A DNA stretch of 62,813 bases, counting the filler, from Aduncisulcus paluster (lineage: Eukaryota), in NCBI GenBank assembly GCA_024181965.1. It is 7 parts of 7 records of this genome, joined end to end, with 100 filler letters (N's around TTAATTAATTAA, not from the genome) between each part and the next. Parts side by side here need not be neighbours in the genome. Positions count along the whole stretch, not along the records: positions 1 to 8,762 come from BQXS01000010.1; positions 8,863 to 26,430 come from BQXS01000012.1; 5 more parts are not named here. The stretch is one strand, 5' to 3'. Of this stretch, positions 1 to 11,105 are shown piece after piece. Each line of letters starts with the position of its first letter. The stretch's first letter is position 1. Made by a program: the position numbers and the translations under genes. The notes under the pieces are model-generated. The model was not told the origin of the DNA. It saw nothing but the letters and a program-made list of their open reading frames with translations, and did no database searches.

Positions 1-238
1 ATGAAAGTGACAATATACACATGGTATCCATCATATCTCAAGACATGACAGGAAGTAATGGTTCATACAATGTGATTGTTATCAGGAAAGAAGTTGTATT
101 CAATCCTTGTGGAAACGATGATATGAAGGATCAGCTATAACCACGGCAACATCGATAATCGTTCAATGGTTGCAAGTTCAGCTTTCGTTTTCTCTTGTTA
201 GGTCATATTCCATAGCCTTCTTCTTTTCTTGTTCTTTA

Positions 239-560
239 TCAATCACGAATCTTCTTGCCATCTGATGTTGTGAATGTGGCATTGAAATCTTTGATTCCAT
301 CGGGATAACTATGATGACTTACAACAAACTTACTGAGATAATGAGATGTAATAAATGGGAGATGTAAGTTGGGATTGAAATAGATGTATTCTTCACCTCT
401 TAAGAATTGCAATAAACTAGAATGATTATGACCTCTATGATAATCCCCATATGCTTTGGATCCATCAATTTCAGATAGATCTGGATGGCCAGTAGGGTAG
501 GGGCCATCCAAAACCACTTCGACAGATTCCCAATCAGTTCCAATATCCAGAATACATTTG
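239..560 (-). pseudogene. Divergent, truncated member of the lineage-specific beta-domain family
   Basis: Translation 'LLQFLRGEEYIYFNPNLHLPFITSHYLSKFVV...PDGIKDFNATFTTSDGKKIRD*' matches the family pattern 'AQKMLKGE..V.LSHLSIPF...FTFTD.DGKK'. It stops before the WHFLPIDL half of the domain. Start uncertain. Confidence 0.5.
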
Positions 561-977
561 CCAATAATTCTCATCACAAACAATAATAACACGCAAATAT
601 CGAAATTTAATTGAAATAAAAAAAGACAATAAACACCAGTAACCTCCCGCAGTTGCAAGGAAAAACACGATTTGTTGAATCGCGATCCAAAATCGTTGAA
701 TGAGTCATCGGTATCTTTAGTTCGTGTAAAATAAAGCTAAATTTCATGTCTATATATATTTTACTGCTTGTGCTCTTGCCACATCTTCCATGAGCTGGTG
801 CGTTCCTGACTGGCAATCACTGCCATAGTGCGTTATATACGGATAACTTAGATTACATTTGAGCTTCCGATAGGGAGACATGGCTGGGACCACACGTTAT
901 CCAGGTGGAGCTTGATAATGCGATACACAAGTTGTTTCTTTTGTTTGACCGTTCATAAACAGCATAAATGTAAGATC

Positions 978-1874
978 CTACATCCGATGAGCAGAAAAGG
1001 TACACCCATTGCCAAATTCGATTCTCAAGGTTCCATCCTTTTCAAGAACACATGTCCCATCGCCCTCATCTTCATCCAATTCATCGAAACCCTCATATAT
1101 GAATTCCATTTTGTCCCCATCATTTTTGAAATTATGTATTTCCCCCCTACAGTAGCCAAAACGATACTCCCCGGAGTAGCCATGAATTTTGAGATAAGCG
1201 TCCGTCTCAGCATCGACATAATCCTCACTGTGAGAAATTCCAGTTAACCTCCATTTTCCATCAAACTTCTTGCGAGCCTTGTGTTTTTTCCGGTTGCCAA
1301 CCCAACGTCCTAAAGGTGGAGGTGGCCCAATTAAGGGGTCATAGTAGCCGGGAGGGACATATGAAGCGGAGGAGGGAGGTACGGCATTGGGATATCGTAG
1401 ACAAGTCTGCCACCAATGCTCATCGATATCGAAATCTTCTGATGCTCTAATCGAAGCGAGGGAATGTAAATGATCTTTTAACTCTCTATCAATGTCGAGG
1501 TGGGACAATGATCTTCGTTTTCCACTTTTCTCATATCCCGATTGAAGGATATCCATACGAACTAATCGCTTATTCCAGCGAGAGATCTTTGTAAAGTCAA
1601 TATCAAGAAAGTCTTCTTTTGCTGATGAATTGGAACATGAAAACAATACGATGAAACCACGTTTGAGTGTGAGACAAGATTTTTCACCTTCATCAAAAAA
1701 ATGATCTGGCAACCATTCATTGGGAATTTCCGACCATAATTTTTGTTTAACGTTATCATCTGAACTTATTACAATGGATATGTCATTTTTTTTTCCCTTT
1801 TCTCCTCCAATAGGTTTGCTGGAGGAGGATTTGATTTTGTGCCAAATATTAAGCTTAAATTCAACTATTATCAT
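978..1874 (-). CDS. Hypothetical protein with a C-terminal ~95-aa beta-rich domain resembling small uncharacterised bacterial proteins
   Basis: 298-aa ORF. C-terminus 'FDGKWRLTG...DYVDAETDAYLKI...GEYRFGYCRGEI...MEFIYEGFDELDEDEGDGTCVLEKDGTLRIEFGNGCTFSAHR'. Confidence 0.6.
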   Translation of the reverse strand: MIIVEFKLNIWHKIKSSSSKPIGGEKGKKNDISIVISSDDNVKQKLWSEIPNEWLPDHFFDEGEKSCLTLKRGFIVLFSCSNSSAKEDFLDIDFTKISRWNKRLVRMDILQSGYEKSGKRRSLSHLDIDRELKDHLHSLASIRASEDFDIDEHWWQTCLRYPNAVPPSSASYVPPGYYDPLIGPPPPLGRWVGNRKKHKARKKFDGKWRLTGISHSEDYVDAETDAYLKIHGYSGEYRFGYCRGEIHNFKNDGDKMEFIYEGFDELDEDEGDGTCVLEKDGTLRIEFGNGCTFSAHRM

Positions 1875-2233
1875 TGGAAATCGAGATAAAAAGTTAGAAA
1901 ATGATGAATTATTTTGTAGTGATTTTTATCAAGCTGTCAAATCTCTTGGTATTACGAAAAAGAATGATTGATATTCTCTTCTGGAAGTTTCGATCTAATA
2001 ATTAGACTTTCAACAAATACATATCATATGATTTTTTAATTTATTACTATAACGATGTAGAATCCCGGATTCTCTTGGCCAAGTGGAAATGAGCGTTTTT
2101 CTTGCGCTTAAGACAAGAATATTTTATAATGTATGACTCATCTTTAATTAAATAATCATTGATGAATATTTTTCGATTTTATAATCCAATTTTTCTTGTT
2201 TTGCTGACTGAAGATCCACAAACAATTGTTTGG

Positions 2234-3286
2234 ATGAGTATATCCACAGATGTCGTTCAAATCGTGAGACCGGTGTTTATTTATGAGGCGGATGAATATT
2301 GTCTTCCAATTCCTAGGGATTCTCCCAATATTACGAAGCCATTCTTCCAATCTATCGAAGCCAGATATAAAAGCTCAGAAACAAGCGCTCCTGGATTTGA
2401 TGAGAGTTTAAATGCACAGAAGATGATGAAAGGGGAGAAGAATTATGGTTGTTTTACTCATATCTCCATTCCTTTCTCTCTATCTTCTTCGATCAAGGGT
2501 GCTTATATTGTTCTCCATCATTTAGATTATGATGACGTTCCGCCGCATCCATCCCACCTTATGTTTACCTTTTCTACATCAAAAGGAAAGAAAACATCCA
2601 AAAAATATGATTTTCCAGAAATTGAGACCGATTGTTGGTTCTTTCTTCCTGTTGATCTCTCTGATGTTGTTTTTTGCGAGATTACAGGGAAAGGAAAAGA
2701 CCAAGAGTATTTTCACATTAATTCCCTCGTTTTCTTTCGAGAAGAAACCCTTGAGGAAACTGTTGTTCGTGAAGCCAGAGAGAAACAATGGTTATCATGT
2801 GTACAGTTAAAATCTGAGTTTGTGAAAGAAGGAGATGAAGATCACATTCCTTTTCTTCTTGATGATCCAAAGGTTTTGAACCCTTCTTTATTCTCGATGG
2901 TAACTGCTAAGGATGACACGTATAGTAAGGAATCTGAGGAGTATGATCAGACTTCAGATGCACAAAAAATGTTAAAAGGGGAAGGTTATGTCTATTTATC
3001 CCATCTTTCTATCCCTTTCCCATCACCTAGTCCAATTAAAGGTGCTTATATGTGTGTGATTAAATATTATAGTTCTCCATCTCTTCTCTTCACTTTCACT
3101 GATGCATCTGGAAAGAAAACATCCAAGAAATTCGAATTCTCAGAGCCTAAATTTTTGAATGAATGGCACTTCCTTCCTATTGATTTGGATAATGTTGTAT
3201 TGTGTGAGATTGAAGGAAAAGGAACGTGGTATGAGAAACATAGGAGAGACTATAATATATCCTCCCTTGTTTTTCTCAAAATCTAA
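2234..3286 (+). CDS. Lineage-specific two-domain protein (tandem HLSIPF/KGAY/WHFLPIDL domains), paralog A
   Basis: Start placed at ATG 2234 (MSISTD) by analogy to the paralogs starting MSSSTD. Two internal copies of a ~165-aa domain. Clear paralogs at 9582-10625 and 55895-56998. Confidence 0.85.
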   Translation: MSISTDVVQIVRPVFIYEADEYCLPIPRDSPNITKPFFQSIEARYKSSETSAPGFDESLNAQKMMKGEKNYGCFTHISIPFSLSSSIKGAYIVLHHLDYDDVPPHPSHLMFTFSTSKGKKTSKKYDFPEIETDCWFFLPVDLSDVVFCEITGKGKDQEYFHINSLVFFREETLEETVVREAREKQWLSCVQLKSEFVKEGDEDHIPFLLDDPKVLNPSLFSMVTAKDDTYSKESEEYDQTSDAQKMLKGEGYVYLSHLSIPFPSPSPIKGAYMCVIKYYSSPSLLFTFTDASGKKTSKKFEFSEPKFLNEWHFLPIDLDNVVLCEIEGKGTWYEKHRRDYNISSLVFLKI

Positions 3287-3782
3287 AAATATGAAATTTG
3301 TTTATTCTGTTATCAGGGCAATGATGGCATCAGAGCATGATGGTCTCGCTTTTTGACCATAATCTTACATATCATTGAAGGGGATCTATTCCAGTCAATA
3401 TAAATTGCCAACTTCTCCATATTATTAAATATCATATCATATGACACCGAATGATTAAATATTTGGTGATGCCGATCAGTGATCACCAAATATTTTTGAC
3501 ATGGTCTTTTTGGGGAAAATATGAAAAAAATAAAATATAGTCCAATAAATGTGTGAATAAATCTGTAAATATTTATGGTATTGCTGTATTTTGGGGCTAG
3601 CAACGGCAAAACGAATATCATGGGAAATTCTTTAAAAGATGAAATAAACAAGGAATTATTGATTTATGCAAAGAGTTTATGTTTTGTTTTGCCGATTAAG
3701 GACAAGTTTATTTCAACTTCTGACGCTAATAATAATAAATTTTATTTTCAAAATCTTTTCCTGTCAATCAGGCTTTTTCAAA

Positions 3783-6700
3783 ATGAACGAGGATGAGTTT
3801 CATTCTTTTTCTGATGATTTAGATCTAGATATTCCAATAAGAGTCGGTGATATAAAAAGGGATGAAGAGCAAGAATTGGAAGAGGAGCCCAAGCCAAATC
3901 CTATAACTCCGCAACCCTACCAGGCTTCTAGTTCTTCTCACAATTATGATTTAGAACCCGTTGTATCAAGCATGCTTGCTAGGAGAGTTTTGTCTCGAAT
4001 CGGAACATTCAAATCTCCAAAGGTCGGTACCATCTGTGTTGACCCGGATAATATTCCAAGAAAACCTGTAAGGAGTCCTTCTGGGCACAATGTATGTGTT
4101 ACCGTCCCCGATTATATTCCTTCAAATTCCTTACCCCACGAAAATCCCATGGCACTTGCGGATCTTGATGGTCCACGAGAAATATCGATGCCTACACCTG
4201 AAGAATTCTTAGCAATGATGACCCCTCCATCTAAAACCTCTCCAATTCGCTCCAAACCTACCAGATCTAAAAAACCAATCAAATCGCCTTCTGGAAGTGG
4301 CTCAAATGTTTTTGCAAGGATGGAAAAGGATTTAAATGAGCGGAGAATGAAACAAACAAGCTTTTTAAAGACCCGAGAGTCTATTGAATTGGCATCTTGT
4401 ACATTTTCTCCATCTGTTTCAAGACATGCCCATTCTATTCGTTCTGATAGCTTCAGAGCTCTTCCACTAACCGACAAGAGTCGTATTGAGAAAGAACTTG
4501 AGAAGAAACGTCTTGACATTGAAAGGAAGAAGAGAATTCGCGATGAAATGATTGAATCTTCCTGCACTTATGTTCCTCCAATCAATTCCAAATCAAAGAA
4601 ATATGTGAAAGAACTCAGGGACGGAAGTCGAGAGCTTGCTCGTAGAGAAGCCGAAGAAAAGAGAAAAGAGGAGCAGAGAGAAAAGGATCGCCTTGAAGAA
4701 GAAAGGAAGAAGAAAGAGGCTGAGATCGAACGTAGGCGTGTCGTTGCAAAACAAATGATGGAAGAAAAAGAGAAGAAACGCATTGAACGCTTCAAGAAAG
4801 AACATGGGTGCACGTTTGCTCCACAAGTGAGTCATTCCGTGGGTGAAGCTGGTCAGCTTGAACGTTCCGCCCATTCAGGGTTTTATGGGGAAGTTCTCTT
4901 TGAAAAATGTCATGAAAAACAGAAAGATGCCAAGGCAAAGAGAGAACAAGAGGAAGAGCGTCGCAAGAAGCTTGAGGAGGAACAGAAGAAGGCCAACGAT
5001 CGTATATACCAAGAAAAAGAGCCCACTCAATTTGCTACCCCCAAAGCTGAGGATATTCGCTGGATTCGTGAGCAACGTCGAAAGTGGATCAACGAGAAAC
5101 GTGATGAATTGAAGAAGAAGAGAAGAAACGCATTGAACGCTTCAAGAAAGAACATGGGTGCACGTTTGCTCCACAAGTGAGTCATTCCGTGGGTGAAGCT
5201 GGTCAGCTTGAACGTTCCGCCCATTCAGGGTTTTATGGGGAAGTTCTCTTTGAAAAATGTCATGAAAAACAGAAAGATGCCAAGGCAAAGAGAGAACAAG
5301 AGGAAGAGCGTCGCAAGAAGCTTGAGGAGGAACAGAAGAAGGCCAACGATCGTATATACCAAGAAAAAGAGCCCACTCAATTTGCTACCCCCAAAGCTGA
5401 GGATATTCGCTGGATTCGTGAGCAACGTCGAAAGTGGATCAACGAGAAACGTGATGAATTGAAGAAGAAGATGAAGATGATCGAACGTAGGCGTGTCGTT
5501 GCAAAACAAATGATGGAAGAAAAAGAGAAGAAACGCATTGAACGCTTCAAGAAAGAACATGGGTGCACGTTTGCTCCACAAGTGAGTCATTCCGTGGGTG
5601 AAGCTGGTCAGCTTGAACGTTCCGCCCATTCAGGGTTTTATGGGGAAGTTCTCTTTGAAAAATGTCATGAAAAACAGAAAGGAGAAAAGAGGAGCAGAGA
5701 GAAAAGGATCGCCTTGAAGAAGAAAGGAAGAAGAAAGAGGCTGAGATCGAACGTAGGCGTGTCGTTGCAAAACAAATGATGGAAGAAAAAGAGAAGAAAC
5801 GCATTGAACGCTTCAAGAAAGAACATGGGTGCACGTTTGCTCCACAAGTGAGTCATTCCGTGGGTGAAGCTGGTCAGCTTGAACGTTCCGCCCATTCAGG
5901 GTTTTATGGGGAAGTTCTCTTTGAAAAATGTCATGAAAAACAGAAAGATGCCAAGGCAAAGAGAGAACAAGAGGAAGAGCGTCGCAAGAAGCTTGAGGAG
6001 GAACAGAAGAAGGCCAACGATCGTATATACCAAGAAAAAGAGCCCACTCAATTTGCTACCCCCAAAGCTGAGGATATTCGCTGGATTCGTGAGCAACGTC
6101 GAAAGTGGATCAACGAGAAACGTGATGAATTGAAGAAGAAGATGAAGATGGTGTCGATGAGTGTGGCTCACACGATGTTCAATGAAATTATGGAGGAAGT
6201 CGTCAGAATGATCGGCAAATGGGTGAGGGAAGAGGAACAATGGGTATCTGGCGTTACTAATGGATCCTTCGTGGACAGTGGGTACTCTGGGCTCAAGAGA
6301 GAAGACTTTCCAAGGTTAGACCAGTACCTGAAATGTCGTGAAATTGCTGAGAAAAAAGAATTAGAGAAGTTAAGCAAGAAGAGAGACGAGGAAGGAACCT
6401 CTGGCGAGCTCGGTAAAAAAGAGCTTAAAAAGGTCGAGAGCAAACTTAAATCACAATCTCTGCTCTCTGAATCCATTCATTTCAAGGGAAATGTCGTTAA
6501 TAGAGCAATTGAACTGGAAAGTGTTTACAAGAAACGTATGCAAAAACTCATTGTTCCTATCCACGAGTCTGAAGCCGAGAAATATATCAGAGAGAAGAAG
6601 GAAAAGAGAGAATTGCACCGGTTACGCGCGCAATTTGTTCCCAAAATAGTGACATCCCCAAAATGGCGCGATGGTGTTATTCCCAATGGAGGTGAAGGCG

Positions 6701-7446
6701 AAGATGCTGAATTTGATGGTTCTCTGACAGAGAGTGTATTGAGAGACGACCAAGGAGACAAGAAGAAGCAACAATATGTGGCCCCTCCAATTTTACTTAC
6801 CCCCGACCAGAAGGATCTTTTCACCCGTCTCCATGGCACAGCCATTATCCACATGCAAAACAGGGAGAATCGAAGGAAGAAGTATGAACAAGAAGAGATT
6901 GACTCCATGAAACAAGCCCGTGAACACCTGACCGAGAATGCCCGTGCTTCTGTCGATGAAATGTTAAAGGGTAGACGTGTCCAACCTCCTAAATGTGATA
7001 AGGATATCCAGTCTGACGTGTTTCTCAAGTCAAAGCTGGAGACTAACCCTGAATTGAAACGGAAGGTTGAGAGAGAAGTCCAGGACAAACGTATGGAGAA
7101 CGTTTTCAAGAGGGCATCAGCCAATGTGAGCGGCTCTCTTTCTGGCGTTGTTGGTGCCGAGAGTGGGATATTACCTTCACACGAGGAGGAGGAGGAAGCT
7201 GAGATGGGAAATGTTGCTGATGATGTTCTTGGAATGGATGATCTTCACATTGGCGGTATCGTTGAGGATGAAAAAGAGGGAAGGGAAGAGAAAGAGATGC
7301 TTTTTGATTTTCATGATGACGTTGAAGAGCAACAGGAAGAAGAAGGAGATAAAGAGATGACAAAACCAGTAAGTGTTGAGGATAGATATGATACTGAAGA
7401 CAAATCAGATTCTGAAATTGAGAGTGAGAAACATTCAGACCTATAA
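3783..7446 (+). CDS. Large charged coiled-coil protein with CTF.P motifs, probably cytoskeletal; one gene of ~880 aa once the duplicated 1,021 bp is removed
   Basis: ATG 3783 (MNEDEF). Motifs CTFSPSV, CTYVPPIN, CTFAPQV. K/E/R-rich helices and an acidic C-terminus. ORFs 3666, 5177 and 5776 are repeats of the same sequence, and deleting 1,021 bp restores a single frame. Confidence 0.7.
4665..6150. repeat. Near-identical internal re-duplications of 4665-5120, probably a mis-assembly
   Basis: The same 89-aa alternative-frame ORF appears at 4843, 5193 and 5864. Junctions fall in AAGAAG low-complexity sequence. Confidence 0.8.
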
Positions 7447-7833
7447 TTAGATATCCATGTTATGTGTGTTGTCACTGTTAGTTGTCTGTCTGTCCATGTG
7501 ATCCATTATTCCTTTCTTCTTTTCTCTCTTGTTTCTTTATTATTCTGGCATTTTCTTTTTTTCCCAATATTTCTAGTAGATTGATAGATTTGGTTTTATC
7601 GATGAATTTTTTTTTTATATTGATTCTTGCAAGATAATGTCAAAAAGCTCTCTCTTTGAAGGAGATTTTTTATTCTATTTTATGCATTTCTTGATCTCCC
7701 TGCCTTTATTATTATTATTATTATTCGACTTAGTTGGTTGAATGGAAATCTTTCTTAAATATCATAATTTTGCTATATCATCTTGGCTATATATATATAT
7801 ATATAAAACATTAATATTTATTATCTTTTTTTC

Positions 7834-7864
<31 letters not shown>

Positions 7865-8132
7865 GATTTTTTTTTCTGTCATGGATACATTAACGAATCC
7901 TTTTGTTATTGTTGTATCAAATTCCTTCATTATAGAATCATATTTAACATATTTCATCAATATGATCACATTTCCTGTCATATCTCATCAAGATTTTTGT
8001 GCCACACGACTTTTATCTTGGTATTAACATTGATGGTTTGAAGCAATTTGAAGTAAACATCCAATTTGAAGTCTGAGTCTCAAATTTTGAGACTCAATTA
8101 TTATCTCTGGTCAAGCTCCATCTCGATTTCAA

Positions 8133-8762
8133 TTGAGAACTATCTACAGTAATAATGAACATATTGACCATCTTAATCATGTTCTTGATTCTCTTGAACA
8201 CAAACTCCAAGTCTCTGCGCTTCAACACAAGTCTCAGTCCCGCACAAAATATAGTGCTAGAGGCGTGGAAAGTCATGTTCATAGTCATCCTCTTTCCTCC
8301 GTTAGGGAACTTGATGATGAAATGGATATCGAACATTCAAGGGAATACGATAAGGAGAGGAGAAGGAAAGGAATGGGAAGGGAAGACGATAAATATATTA
8401 CTGAAGAAGGAATTCGCAGGAATAATGGATCCGAGTTGGGGAAGATAAGCTCAAAGAAGATAAGCTCAAAGAAGATAAGCTCAAAGAAGATAAGCTCAAA
8501 GAGGAGGAAGAGTCGAGAAGGAAGGAGTCAGAACTTAAGCAAGAGGGAGAGAGCAAGGCAAATGATTGAGGTCAGAGAGAGGGAAAGGAAGAAGAGAGAA
8601 GAAATAATGAGAGAAAGGAAGAAACGGGAGAGATCTGCTAAAATATCTTTGTACAGAGCTCTTGATGCCTCAATCAGTGGTGTTTCCCTCTCTGGACATG
8701 TTAATAGTGTCGATGAGTGTGGCTCACACGATGTTCATGGTGTCGATGAGTGTGGCTCACAC
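8133..8762 (+). CDS. Basic low-complexity hypothetical protein, truncated at the contig end
   Basis: Open frame rich in R/K/E, with KISSK repeats, running into the linker. Start unclear. Confidence 0.45.
8442..8501 (+). repeat. 15-bp tandem repeat (AAGATAAGCTCAAAG)x4 encoding KISSK
   Basis: Four perfect copies read directly from the sequence. Confidence 0.95.
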
Positions 8763-8862
8763 NNNNNNNNNNNNNNNNNNNNNNNNNNNNNNNNNNNNNN
8801 NNNNNNTTAATTAATTAANNNNNNNNNNNNNNNNNNNNNNNNNNNNNNNNNNNNNNNNNNNN
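8763..8862. other. Artificial contig linker N44-TTAATTAATTAA-N44; same linker at 26431-26530, 33157-33256, 37599-37698, 46894-46993 and 53964-54063
   Basis: Identical 100-nt spacer with stop codons in all six frames, present six times. Confidence 0.98.
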
Positions 8863-9558
8863 TATGCAAACATGAGCATATTTCAGAGGAGGAGAGAATA
8901 AGGAATCACAACATGAGCGCAGACAGACTCATTGTGGAGCAATTCTTTGGCCGTTTAAAAAACACTTGGAGGGTTATGGGGGGTCGCTTCTCTTTGGGGG
9001 GTGAATCATATGCCGACATATTTCTTGTATGCGTTGCCCTGACCAATTTGTTAGTGACAAGATCCCCGTTAAGACGAGATGAAGCAGCGACGTATCGACA
9101 TTTGATGAGAAAGCATTGGTATTCCCTTCCTAATAGGAGGGTAGAAGAAGACGAGGAAGAAGACGAGGAAGGTCAAGATGCACCAGCTGAACACTCACCA
9201 AACTTATCTTTGCTCTCTCAAAGTGCCGTTTTAACCAGTGATTCACGTCCAACCGAAGAAGAAGATGATTAGATCGAGTTCAAGCATTGTAACATAATTA
9301 CGAGATATTAAACAATAAATATTCATTGTTTCTGTATTTAATTAAGAAAATATCATATTTTACGATAATACAATTACGATATTAATCAATTACGGAAAAA
9401 TCAATGAAATTTCACATCTGGCGGACCAATTTCAAAATTCGAACCAATTTCGAAATTGCCGACTAATTTCGAAATTGCTGACCAATAAAGTTTATTGATG
9501 GAGTAATTTCTTTATTAAAAATAATTTCGAAATACCCCCCCTATTCGGAAATTCCCCT
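8863..9558 (+). mobile_element. Right end of a PIF/Harbinger-ISL2EU-like DNA transposon: DDE_Tnp_4-type transposase C-terminus (8865-9272), subterminal repeats and putative terminus
   Basis: Frame open from the contig start: 'ISEEERIRNHNMSADRLIVEQFFGRLKNTWRVM...IFLVCVALTNL', the conserved catalytic-Glu region. Palindromic AATTTCGAAATT-like repeats at 9428, 9446, 9465 and 9523. End ...TTCGGAAATTCCCCT followed by AT. Confidence 0.8.
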
Positions 9559-9581
9559 ATTCATACAGCATTAATAATTTC

Positions 9582-10625
9582 TTATGGCACAGTAAATACG
9601 AGGGAGCAGATCCAGAAACAACGACTATGCTGAAAAGACCACATCCCTTTACCTTCAATCTCACACAATACAACATTACCCAAATCAATAGGAAGGAAGT
9701 GCCATTCATATTCATGTTTAGGTCTTGTGATGAATTCATACTTCTTGAATGTCTTCTTACCATCACAATCAGTGAAAGTGAAAAGAAGAGAGGGTGAACT
9801 ATAACACTTATTCACACAGATATAAGCACCTTTCATGGGACTAGGTGATGGGAAAGGGATGGAAAGATGGGATACTGATGTCTTATATTTCCCTTTTAAC
9901 ATTCCTTGGGCTTCACAACTCTTATCATAATATTTTTTCTCACAATACGAATCATCGTGGCCCTGAACCATTGAGAATGCGGGATTTAAAATCTTTGGAT
10001 TATCATGTAAAATGGGAATAGAATCTCTACCATAAGATTCCCGAACTTCTAGATGATATCCTTCCTGAACAAACTCAGGTTTTACAACAGTAGCTTCAGA
10101 CCAGAGTTTCTCTCTGGTTTCACGAGCTTTGATTTCTTCTCTACTAATGAAAACAAGGGAGGCGATTCCAAAATACTCTTTCTCTCTTCCTTTCCCTATA
10201 ATCTCACACAGAACAACATCAGGGAGATCAACAGGAAGGAAATACCAACTAAAATCATCAGGAAAATTGTATTTCTTGGCTGTTTTCACCCCCGTTGAAG
10301 ATGTTAAAGTGAAGATAAGATATTCAGGTCGATTCCAAGCACCACCAAGATAGATATAAGCCCCTTTCATTGGAGAAGATGAGGAAAAAGGAATGGAGAG
10401 ATGGGAATAGTATCCATCATTTTGCTCTCCTAACAATATCCCTTGTGCTTCCCAAGTTTGATCATACTCATCTTCATCGTCAATCTTTGCCCCCGCTTTG
10501 ATCGAAATAAAATCTACACACTTGATATTGGGGCTATCTCGAGGGATTGGACAGTGGTCGTAGTTTCCTCTATATAAAAACTCAGGTTTCACGATTTGTA
10601 TAGATCTATCGGTCGATGAACTCAT
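9582..10625 (-). CDS. Lineage-specific two-domain protein, paralog B
   Basis: ATG 10625 (MSSSTD). Two HLSIPF/KGAY/W.FLP.DL/VVLCEI domains. Long nucleotide identities with 55895-56998. Confidence 0.85.
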   Translation of the reverse strand: MSSSTDRSIQIVKPEFLYRGNYDHCPIPRDSPNIKCVDFISIKAGAKIDDEDEYDQTWEAQGILLGEQNDGYYSHLSIPFSSSSPMKGAYIYLGGAWNRPEYLIFTLTSSTGVKTAKKYNFPDDFSWYFLPVDLPDVVLCEIIGKGREKEYFGIASLVFISREEIKARETREKLWSEATVVKPEFVQEGYHLEVRESYGRDSIPILHDNPKILNPAFSMVQGHDDSYCEKKYYDKSCEAQGMLKGKYKTSVSHLSIPFPSPSPMKGAYICVNKCYSSPSLLFTFTDCDGKKTFKKYEFITRPKHEYEWHFLPIDLGNVVLCEIEGKGMWSFQHSRCFWICSLVFTVP

Positions 10626-11105
10626 TGTCAATGAAAAGAGAGTCGAATCTGAAAATATTAAAACAATTACAATGTAGTGAATATAATTGTATTTCTTTTA
10701 AAATATGAAAGCTGGAGACAAAAAAAATAAAAAAATTTAAAGTTTAAATCCGGATTTTAAACTCAACTTGATCCCGAACAACCTAAGTTACAAAACATGA
10801 TAAATTGCAGTAAAACTCTATGAATATCGTGAGGATCATCGACTTATTGGCAGAGAAGCTATACTTCTGGTTTTCTGATTTACTCTGTGTGTGAGTCCCG
10901 TGATGGATCTTTGAAGTTCATACCGTTAAACTTACAAATAAATCCTGCTATCACAATTATTTATAGATTTCTTGCCAAGAAAAAGATTGCTAAGCCTGTT
11001 GATTTTGTAAAAGAATAAAATACTCATTGATACTTACACAGCACAAATAAGAAAATATATATCTTAGAAATATTCAAAAAATTCAAGAAATAATCAAACA
11101 ATTTA

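Noticed and set aside
882-892. HDV-like ribozyme (TGGTCCCAGCC on the minus strand matches part of the HDV ribozyme)
   Set aside because: Only 11 nt match, and I could not build the P1/P3/P1.1 pairings of the nested double pseudoknot.
4665-6150. CRISPR-like or programmed repeat array
   Set aside because: The repeats are hundreds of bp of coding sequence with no repeat-spacer structure and no cas genes, in a eukaryotic context.
8807-8818. Recurrent TTAATTAATTAA motif within N runs as a biological repeat
   Set aside because: It is an identical synthetic six-frame-stop linker. Genes on either side are not physically linked, so no cross-contig clustering was inferred.
9582-9584. TAA read as an amino acid (hexamitid-type genetic code)
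   Set aside because: Conserved genes here (H2A, DPE2, PARP, IFT22-like) end at TAA and have no internal TAA/TAG, so the standard code fits. A single nonsense change is simpler.
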